A stretch of DNA of 64,000 nt from Bacteroidota bacterium. Lineage in GTDB: Bacteria; Bacteroidota; Ignavibacteria; Tepidaquicellales; Tepidaquicellaceae. Within the stretch, counting starts at the first letter, position 1. Every line of letters starts with the position of its first letter. The notes under the pieces were generated by a model. It had not been told where the DNA came from. It saw nothing but the letters and a program-made list of their open reading frames with translations, and ran no database searches. A program made the position numbers and the translations under genes. Positions 57,647 through 64,000 of this stretch are shown here, in pieces. Location of the stretch: assembly GCA_018266835.1 (NCBI GenBank), contig JAFDZP010000002.1, positions 779,302 through 843,301 on the forward strand, given 5' to 3'.

Positions 57647-58519
57647 TTAATTACCCATTGTGTGCCAGACTGTTTTAGTTTCGGTGAATTTCTCTACATC
57701 TTTTACTGATTCATTAAGCTCATCATTATACCAGTCCCAGTCAGCAGGCAAATAATTTCCGCGCTTTACATTGTTTGCGCAGAGTTCCTGAATTTGTTTC
57801 TTGTAATCTGTTCCGTCAGCTGAGTAATCGATTGCGTTCACATCCATATGTCCTGCAAGATGTGAAACCAGTTCCTTCTTCATTCCTGTAAGAATGTTTA
57901 TTGAGCCTGAAGGAAAATCACTTGTTGCAATAACTTCAGAGAAGCTCAATGCCGGCAGCGGGTATTTTTCGTTTGCAATAATGATACATGAATTTCCCGA
58001 TGCAAGCACAGGAAGAATTCTTGAAATCATTGGTAAAAAGCTTAACGTATCAGGTAAAATAATTCCTACAATACCTGTTGGCTCAGGAATTGAGAAATTA
58101 AAATATCCTGCCTGAACAGGATTAACCGTTCCCGATAGCTGAACATATTTATCGCAGAGACCTGCGTAAAAAATTATTCTGTCGATTGCAACACTTACTT
58201 CATCGCAAGCCTGCTGCGGAGTGCATCCCGTTGATATTATAATTTCATCTACAAATTTTCCAACACCGCTTTCAAGCATTTCTGCCAGGCGGTAAAAAAT
58301 CTGGCCTCTTTCATAGGGAGTTTTGCTGCTCCATGATGCAAATCCTGCTCTTGCTGCAACAACTGCATTGCGTACGTCTTTTCTGGATGAGCGCGAAATA
58401 TTACAAAGTTTATTTTTATCTGCATCAAAAACTTCAAGGTAACGTTCTGATTCAGTGCGGGCAAATTTTCCGCCAATGAATAGCTTGTACATCTTTGGGA
58501 TTGCTAATCTTGCTTCCAT
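57647..58519 (-). CDS. Aldehyde-dehydrogenase-family N-terminal (NAD-binding) domain protein, lacking the catalytic half
   Basis: Has ALDH-like KLFIGGKF and PTGIVGIILP segments. It is only 290 aa, with no Cys/Glu catalytic domain. Confidence 0.5.
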   Translation of the reverse strand: MEARLAIPKMYKLFIGGKFARTESERYLEVFDADKNKLCNISRSSRKDVRNAVVAARAGFASWSSKTPYERGQIFYRLAEMLESGVGKFVDEIIISTGCTPQQACDEVSVAIDRIIFYAGLCDKYVQLSGTVNPVQAGYFNFSIPEPTGIVGIILPDTLSFLPMISRILPVLASGNSCIIIANEKYPLPALSFSEVIATSDFPSGSINILTGMKKELVSHLAGHMDVNAIDYSADGTDYKKQIQELCANNVKRGNYLPADWDWYNDELNESVKDVEKFTETKTVWHTMGN

Positions 58520-58540
58520 AAATTTACTATGTTAAACTTT

Positions 58541-58888
58541 TTAGTTTATTGATTTCATTATGTCTTCAAACCTTATATAGCCATGTGATTCAGTGTAAAC
58601 AACTTTTCTTGTCTTTATCACTAGCACCTGAGGTGACTCATGCATTACATTGAATTGCCTCACTACAGCAGTTGATACATTTCTATATCTTATCAGGTCA
58701 AGAAAGTAAGGAGTGATTTTCATTTCGTTATCAGATTCGTTTTCACTCCATTCAGATTCAAGTATGTCCTGCACTCTGTCGCAGATGGAACATCTTCCGC
58801 TGTACTTAAAAATTAAAACCGGTTTTGTTTCGCTTTGTTCAATTAATTTTTGTATCTCTTCTTCAGTAGTTAATAGTTTCCAATTCAT
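58541..58888 (-). CDS. Thioredoxin-like YtxJ/DUF2847-family protein (bacillithiol-system-associated)
   Basis: 115 aa with a single-Cys motif GRCSIC in a Trx-like fold pattern. Confidence 0.5.
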   Translation of the reverse strand: MNWKLLTTEEEIQKLIEQSETKPVLIFKYSGRCSICDRVQDILESEWSENESDNEMKITPYFLDLIRYRNVSTAVVRQFNVMHESPQVLVIKTRKVVYTESHGYIRFEDIMKSIN

Positions 58889-59724
58889 TAAATGTTTTTG
58901 ACAATGTCCTTTATAAGTTTCCCTGCTAAAGCAGACGAAGTTAATAACGATTTTTTCCTGTCTTTAGTTCGTTCTGCGTCATTTCTGGAATCTTCCATCA
59001 TTTTATCAGCGACTAAATCCCGGCTAATTAATCCTATCGCAATGTGTTTCAATCCGCAGTGAACAGCTGTAATATTTTCTGCAGCAGTTGAGTAGCCGAC
59101 TACATCTCCGCCAATCTCTCTGTAAAATCTTGCTTCTGCATCGGTTTCGCTTTCAGGTCCTGTAGTACCAACATATATTGCTTCGTTAATTCTTACTTTA
59201 TTATCCTGTAAAACTTTGTAAACTTTTGCATAAAGATTTTTATCGTAGGCATTGCTCATATCAGGAAATCTTACTCCTAAGTCATCATCATTTTTTCCGA
59301 TTAGCGGATTATCTCCCATAAGATTTATGTGGTCATAAACTAAAGCAACTTCTCCTGTAGAAAATCTTGGATTTAAATGCCCGACTTCATCAACAGTAAT
59401 TAATTTTTTAACTCCGAGATATTTTAAAACGTAAATAACGTGTCCGATATCTCTCATTTTATATCCGTCATAAAAATGGAATCTTCCTTTTACAATAATT
59501 ACATTTTTTCCGTTTAGCTTTCCGAAAATAAATTTTGAGTTCTGATTGTTTCCGCCTTCGAATGTTGGAGGAATATCAGAAGTTTTTATTTTGCCAAGCT
59601 CTTTAAAATCGCTGATGTTAAAATTATCTTCTGTGTAGATAGCAGTATCTGCTGAAAAGCCCTTCGGCATTACGCTTTTTATATAATCAACTGATTGCTT
59701 TATTCTTTCTCTTTGTTCAGTCAT
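58888..59724 (-). CDS. Purine nucleoside / methylthioadenosine phosphorylase family protein (divergent paralog)
   Basis: PNP family-2 architecture; paralogous to the downstream punA-like gene. Confidence 0.6.
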   Translation of the reverse strand: MTEQRERIKQSVDYIKSVMPKGFSADTAIYTEDNFNISDFKELGKIKTSDIPPTFEGGNNQNSKFIFGKLNGKNVIIVKGRFHFYDGYKMRDIGHVIYVLKYLGVKKLITVDEVGHLNPRFSTGEVALVYDHINLMGDNPLIGKNDDDLGVRFPDMSNAYDKNLYAKVYKVLQDNKVRINEAIYVGTTGPESETDAEARFYREIGGDVVGYSTAAENITAVHCGLKHIAIGLISRDLVADKMMEDSRNDAERTKDRKKSLLTSSALAGKLIKDIVKNI

Positions 59725-59772
59725 TTGTTTTTGTGTTTTCTATAATAATTGAGAACGCATTAATAATTTAGA

Positions 59773-60573
59773 TTAAAGTCTCTCTACTAATTTTTTTGTT
59801 AATAAAGTTAATTTAGGTTCGGCTAAGTTTGCAGCTTCAACAATTTCATGATGCGAAGCGACTTTTAATGTATCGGGAAAACCTTCATCGGTAATAATTG
59901 AAAGTCCAAGACATTCTATTCCAAGTTCTGCTGCGGCAAGAACTTCAGGAACGGTTGACATACCTACAACATCTCCGCCCATCATACGGACCATTCGATA
60001 CTCTGCTACAGTTTCAAGATTTGGTCCCTGCACTACAAGGTAAACTCCTTTTTGAACATCTATACCATTCTCAAGAGCAATATTTTCTGCAAGCTTAATT
60101 AATTTTTTTGAATAAAAATTCTTTGCGCGTCCTGCGCTCTTCCCCTGAAAATTTATCAAAGGAGAAGTTCCGTGCAGATTAATATGTCCTGATATAATCA
60201 TTAAGTCAGTCCTTCTGAATGTGGGATTCAATCCGCCGCACGCATTTGAAACAAGAAGTGATTTTATTCCAAGAGCATGTAATACTAAAACGGGAAACAC
60301 GACATCTGCATGTGAGTACCCTTCGTAATAATGAAATCTTCCCTGCATGGCAACTATTTTTTTACCGGAGAGCTCTCCGAAAATTAATTTGCCTGAATGT
60401 GATTCAACTGTTGATACGGGAAAATTGGGAATATCAGAATATTCTATGGCGTGATTTATTTTTATTTCTTTTACAAGTCCGCCCAGACCTGTTCCGAGAA
60501 TAATACCTACGTCATAATTATCGCCTGCGATTTTTTTAATGTAATCTAAAGCTTCAGTATGTCTAAAGTTCAT
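59773..60573 (-). CDS. punA: Purine nucleoside phosphorylase
   Basis: GIILGTGLGG phosphate loop, SNACGG, and a PNP family-2 pattern. Confidence 0.8.
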   Translation of the reverse strand: MNFRHTEALDYIKKIAGDNYDVGIILGTGLGGLVKEIKINHAIEYSDIPNFPVSTVESHSGKLIFGELSGKKIVAMQGRFHYYEGYSHADVVFPVLVLHALGIKSLLVSNACGGLNPTFRRTDLMIISGHINLHGTSPLINFQGKSAGRAKNFYSKKLIKLAENIALENGIDVQKGVYLVVQGPNLETVAEYRMVRMMGGDVVGMSTVPEVLAAAELGIECLGLSIITDEGFPDTLKVASHHEIVEAANLAEPKLTLLTKKLVERL

Positions 60574-60655
60574 TGCTATACGTTTCTAAAAAACAGACCT
60601 GACAGTATAACGCTATCAGGTCGATTTTAAATAGTTTAAAATTTCTTTTGTAAAA

Positions 60656-61273
60656 TTATTTTACTTCGAAGTTCTCGTCGAATGGTCTGGAGGTCAGACC
60701 GAAATCTGTGAGATTGCCTGCTGCTGTATTGACTGTGATTTTTTCTGTCGGTGAAATTTCTATATCAGTCTTTTCTTCTGCATCTAACATCTTAGGATTT
60801 GCAAGTTCCATCTTATAAATTCTTTTATTCTTGATGTAATCTTCAAGCTCAGTAAGTTTATCCATTAAAAACATTTTTGTATCTTCAATCATCTTGTCGT
60901 TTTTTAATTTTATCTCTTCAAGCTCTGCGCGCTGAGTCATAATATCTTCATCGATATCCTGCTTTATTCTTTGCGCATTAAGTTCTGCTTCGCGGACAAT
61001 GTTCTGCGCGCGTTTTTTGGAGTTTTCTAAAATCTCTTCGCCTATATCCTGCGCACGGACAATGGCTTTTTGTAAATTGACTTCATTCTCTTTGTAAACT
61101 TCTATATCAGAAGTAAGGGATTTAATTCTGTTGTTTAAAGTTGCTATTTCGAGCACAAGCTTTTCATAGTGAGAGCTCACTGTATCTAAAAAAGCTTCCA
61201 CTTCATTGGGGTCGTAACCACGGAAAGATTTTTTAAAATCTTTCTTCCTTATTTCAGCAGCTTTAATGTTCAT
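60656..61273 (-). CDS. DivIVA-domain protein
   Basis: N-terminal IKKKDFKKSFRGYDPNEVEAFLD DivIVA motif followed by a coiled coil. Confidence 0.75.
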   Translation of the reverse strand: MNIKAAEIRKKDFKKSFRGYDPNEVEAFLDTVSSHYEKLVLEIATLNNRIKSLTSDIEVYKENEVNLQKAIVRAQDIGEEILENSKKRAQNIVREAELNAQRIKQDIDEDIMTQRAELEEIKLKNDKMIEDTKMFLMDKLTELEDYIKNKRIYKMELANPKMLDAEEKTDIEISPTEKITVNTAAGNLTDFGLTSRPFDENFEVK

Positions 61274-61300
61274 AAATTAAATTTTAAATTGTAGAATGAA

Positions 61301-61999
61301 CTACGTAATTTCGTACTCCCTTTTACCGAAGATTGCGCTTCCGATTCTCAGAAGATTTGCGCCTTCTTCAATTGCAATTTCGTAGTCTGAAGTCATTCCC
61401 ATTGATAAATATTTAAAATCGGGAAATGATGGTTTCAGTTCGTCGTAAATCTTTTTTAAATCTTTGAAATTTCCTCTGATAATATTTTTATCATAGGTAA
61501 ATTTTCCTATAGTCATAAGTCCGCATAAACGGACATTTACTAAGCTTGATACAAATCTGCAAAGCTTTTCAGCTTTGTCAGGGTCGACTCCGGATTTCTG
61601 CATCTCATCGCTTGTATTCACCTGAACCAGAACATCTAACACCTTATTTCTTTTTTCTGCCTGCTTCTGAATTTCCTCGGCAAGCTTTTCACTATCTACA
61701 CTGTGAATCAAATAAACGTAGTCGGCAATATATTTTACTTTATTGGTCTGCAAATGACCAATCATATGCCACCGGATATTCTTATCGTGAAGCTCATCAA
61801 ACTTCTCTTTCATTTCCTGTGGCTTGTTCTCGCCGAAATCAACCTGTCCGGCATTAAAAACCGTTTGGATATCTTCAACAGGAAAAGTTTTGCTTACAGC
61901 AATAAGCTTTATCTCGTTTACATCGCGCCCTACCCTTTTACAAACCTCAAATATATCGTTTTTTAGCAGTTTTAAGTTCTCTGCCAGATAGTCTTTCAC
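61301..61999 (-). CDS. yggS: YggS-family pyridoxal-phosphate homeostasis protein
   Basis: 232 aa; alanine-racemase-N-like fold with the Lys in AVSKTFP. Confidence 0.8.
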   Translation of the reverse strand: MKDYLAENLKLLKNDIFEVCKRVGRDVNEIKLIAVSKTFPVEDIQTVFNAGQVDFGENKPQEMKEKFDELHDKNIRWHMIGHLQTNKVKYIADYVYLIHSVDSEKLAEEIQKQAEKRNKVLDVLVQVNTSDEMQKSGVDPDKAEKLCRFVSSLVNVRLCGLMTIGKFTYDKNIIRGNFKDLKKIYDELKPSFPDFKYLSMGMTSDYEIAIEEGANLLRIGSAIFGKREYEIT

Positions 62000-62084
62000 A
62001 CCTAAATATAATTTTTATTCAAAGAACATTCAATAAACAAATAAAATACGGTTAATTTGCAGTTTTATTCTTGTTTTAAATTCA

Positions 62085-62195
62085 CCGCAAAGAAGCAAAG
62101 TTGATTGCAAAGAACGCAAAGAAAAAAAATTATCCATTAATAATATTTCTTACTTAGCTTTTGCGTACTTTGCTTAAATCTTTGCATCTTAGCGG
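62085..62195. repeat. Second copy of the GCAAAG/CTTTGC long hairpin family
   Basis: The left arm ccgcaaagaagcaaagttgattgcaaagaacgcaaagaa pairs with ttttgcgtactttgcttaaatctttgcatcttagcgg. Confidence 0.65.
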
Positions 62196-62225
62196 TTAAA
62201 TTCAACATGATCTTTACAGTATGAA

Positions 62226-63368
62226 TTATGAGTTCAACACTTTTTCGTAATATTTTTCATACATGGGCACAATGTTATCTTCCTGGAAATACTCTGCCCT
62301 GGCGCGGGCATTTTTTGCAAAGAGCTCATATCTTTTCGGTAATGTAAGCAGCTCAATTGCATATCTTGCCATTCTGTCCACATCTCCGATTTCAGCAATG
62401 TAACCTGTTTCGCCGTGAAGGTTTAACTCAGGCAATCCGCCGACACTGGACGAAATTACCGGTACTCCGCAGCTCATTGCTTCAAGCGCAGAAAGTCCGA
62501 AGCTCTCTGATTGTGACGGCATAATGAATATGTCAGCAATAGAAAGTAGCTCAACCAGCTCTGTCTGCTTTCCAAGGAATTTTACTTTGTCGAAGATATC
62601 AAGCTCGCGAGCAAGTCTTTCGCATTCACCTCTGTCGGGTCCGTCACCGACGAGAATTAATCTTGACGGTACTTTTTTATTAACTTCATTAAAAATCTTA
62701 ACGACTTCCGGTACACGCTTTAATTGACGGAAGTTTGAAATGTGAATAAGAATCTTCTCACCTTCGGGAGCGTAATTTTTTCTGAAGCAGGTGTTCTCTT
62801 TCCCGTCTAATCTTTTATACTTCTCAACATCGATAAAGTTAGGAATGACCTCTATATCTTTTACAATTTTATAATTCGAAAGTGTCTTATCTTTTAAGTA
62901 TTGCGATACTGCTGTAACTCCGTCTGACTGCTCAATACTAAATTTCATCGTAGGAAGAAAGCTAGGCTCTAATCCTGTTAAAGTAATATCGGTTCCGTGA
63001 AGCGTAGTTATAAACTTTATATTCTTAATATTTCCGTTCTGACTTTTTATAATTTCGCGGGCAAGGAATGCGCTAGTGGCGTGAGGAATAGCATAGTGCG
63101 CATGGACTAAATCAATCTCGTGAAACTTTGCGACTTCGACCATCTTGCTCGCAAGTGCAATGCTGTACAATGGAAACTCAAATAACGGATAATTATTTAT
63201 TTCTACTTCGTGATAAAAAATATTTTCAACGAAGGCGCTTAGCCTCATAGGCATTGCATAAGAAATAAAATGAATTTCATGACCGCGGAGAGCGAGAGAT
63301 TTGCCAAGCTCGGTAGCTACAACTCCGCTGCCGCCGTAGGTTGGATAACAGGTAATTCCTATTTTCAT
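62226..63368 (-). CDS. bshA: N-acetyl-alpha-D-glucosaminyl L-malate synthase (bacillithiol biosynthesis glycosyltransferase, GT4)
   Basis: N-terminus [40 protein letters not shown] matches the BshA signature ([22 protein letters not shown]...RGHEIHFIT). Confidence 0.8.
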   Translation of the reverse strand: [380 protein letters not shown]

Positions 63369-63462
63369 TTTTAGAAGAAATTTAATAAATATACTTCTAT
63401 TATAAATTAAGTTAAATGTATTACGGGAATATAATATGCTATTAAACGAAGTTTTGATTTTT

Positions 63463-63508
63463 AACCACCCCCTACCCCCTCCTTGAAAAGGAGGGGGACT
63501 AGTTTATT
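63463..63508. repeat. REP-like element copy (aaccaccccctaccccctccttgaaaaggagggggact)
   Basis: Hairpin ccccctcctt-gaaa-aggaggggg. Family members are at 1626, 20800, 63550 and 63646. Confidence 0.7.
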
Positions 63509-63549
63509 CTCGTTTCGATGTTCAATGCTTTGAAAAAAAATTTACAACT

Positions 63550-63588
63550 GATACCGCCCCCTCAATCCCCCCTTATAAAAAGGGGGGG
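63550..63588. repeat. REP-like element copy (gataccgccccctcaatccccccttataaaaaggggggg)
   Basis: The 5' half is identical to the 20800 copy. Confidence 0.7.
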
Positions 63589-63645
63589 GAAGCAAAGAGT
63601 GGCCCCGCGTTCATATGGAAGTGGGACATCCCGAAACAAAAATAG

Positions 63646-63679
63646 TTACCCCCCCTGCCCCTCCTTGAAAAGGAGGGGG
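63646..63679. repeat. REP-like element copy (taccccccctgcccctccttgaaaaggaggggg)
   Basis: Same hairpin as the 63463 copy. Confidence 0.7.
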
Positions 63680-63734
63680 ATTGTCCTCATATAAATTTAT
63701 TTCGAATTTACAATTTGTAATTCATATAGGGGGA

Positions 63735-63836
63735 TGTGGCGCCGCGTCCCGCTTCCAGCGGGACCTGCCGTAAGCACGAAATTGAAATTTCAATTTCGTG
63801 CTTACGGCACCCGGACTTTCAGTCCGGGCGGCGCCA
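63735..63836. other. GC-rich 102-nt cloverleaf (four-way junction). An outer 10-bp stem gtggcgccgc/gcggcgccac encloses hairpin gtcccgc-ttcca-gcgggac, a perfect 40-nt palindrome ccgtaagcacgaaattgaaa|tttcaatttcgtgcttacgg, and hairpin cccggac-tttca-gtccggg.
   Basis: All stems are perfect and read directly. GC content contrasts strongly with the AT-rich flanks. It is not a tRNA (no T-loop or anticodon features). Confidence 0.6.
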
Positions 63837-63904
63837 CAATGTTTTCCAGAGCGTTTTTGTTTCTCTATTGTTTTTAATTACGCCTTGTAATAATTTACTT
63901 GCGA

Positions 63905-64000
63905 ATGAGATACAAACCATACATTTTTTTCATTCCCCTCTTAATTCTTTTTTCCTCGTGCAACTCAATCCAGTTCAATCAGGCCCTCCAGATAAATGAA
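63905..64000 (+). CDS. Lipoprotein, N-terminal fragment running off the window end
   Basis: MRYKPYIFFIPLLILFSSCNS signal peptide with lipobox. The ORF is open to position 64000. Confidence 0.45.
   Translation, partial: MRYKPYIFFIPLLILFSSCNSIQFNQALQINE

Noticed and set aside
63735-63836. tRNA gene
   Set aside because: It has cloverleaf topology, but the stem lengths (10/7/20/7 bp), the missing T-loop GTTCRA, and the absence of an anticodon loop are incompatible with any tRNA.
63736-63999. 87-aa + strand ORF (MAPRPASSGTCRKHEIEIS...)
   Set aside because: It begins inside the GC-rich cloverleaf/REP cluster, and its Pro/Arg/Gly-rich N-terminus is just a translation of the palindromes. The more convincing gene is in another frame: a lipoprotein starting at 63905 (MRYKPYIFFIPLLILFSSC).
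63735-64000. Retron (msr-msd with flanking a1/a2 repeats)
   Set aside because: No reverse-transcriptase ORF follows; the downstream gene is a lipoprotein. The central hairpin is also shorter than a typical msd. I kept it only as a remote alternative in the findings.

Overview
This is a low-GC (~33-35%) chromosomal segment, most likely from an Ignavibacteria/Bacteroidota-like (FCB group) bacterium. The lineage call rests on the abundant type-IX-secretion C-terminal sorting domains (the NYPNPFNP...KKMILIK tails) and on a BshA-type bacillithiol glycosyltransferase. Most of the window is housekeeping. It includes upp, a RelA/SpoT homologue, acpS, folC, prs and an orphan lipoamide acyltransferase E2. 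It also carries the rplM-rpsI / rpsB-tsf / pyrH-frr ribosomal-translation cluster, leuS, recR-ybaB, mnmE, kdtA, a GT9 heptosyltransferase, a POT peptide transporter, two tandem PNP-family phosphorylases, DivIVA, YggS and BshA. Three things stand out. (1) A tandem array of three-and-a-half paralogous T9SS-cargo genes (39.8-46.2 kb) shares an uncharacterised ~430-aa secreted core domain, with near-identical 3' ends indicating ongoing gene conversion and a truncated fourth copy. (2) Several families of dispersed GC-rich hairpin repeats sit in this AT-rich genome. They comprise REP/BIME-like CCCCTCCTTGnAAAGGAGGGG elements at 1.5, 19.5, 20.8 and 63.5 kb and long GCAAAG/CTTTGC hairpins at 17.2 and 62.1 kb. 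There is also a ~400-bp MITE-like element with CCATGG-containing inverted hairpin ends at 20.7-21.1 kb, and a 102-nt GC-rich cloverleaf with a perfect 40-nt palindrome at 63.74-63.84 kb. (3) Several atypical proteins are present: a flotillin/SPFH protein with four internal ~75-aa repeats, a PAS-DHp-receiver protein lacking any ATPase domain, and a compositionally foreign lipoprotein gene next to a partial DNA methyltransferase at the window edge. Two tandem membrane-protein paralogs each carry their own copy of the same terminator hairpin. No rRNA, tRNA, CRISPR array, integrase or transposase is visible. All functional calls are motif-based readings of the supplied translations; no database search was possible.
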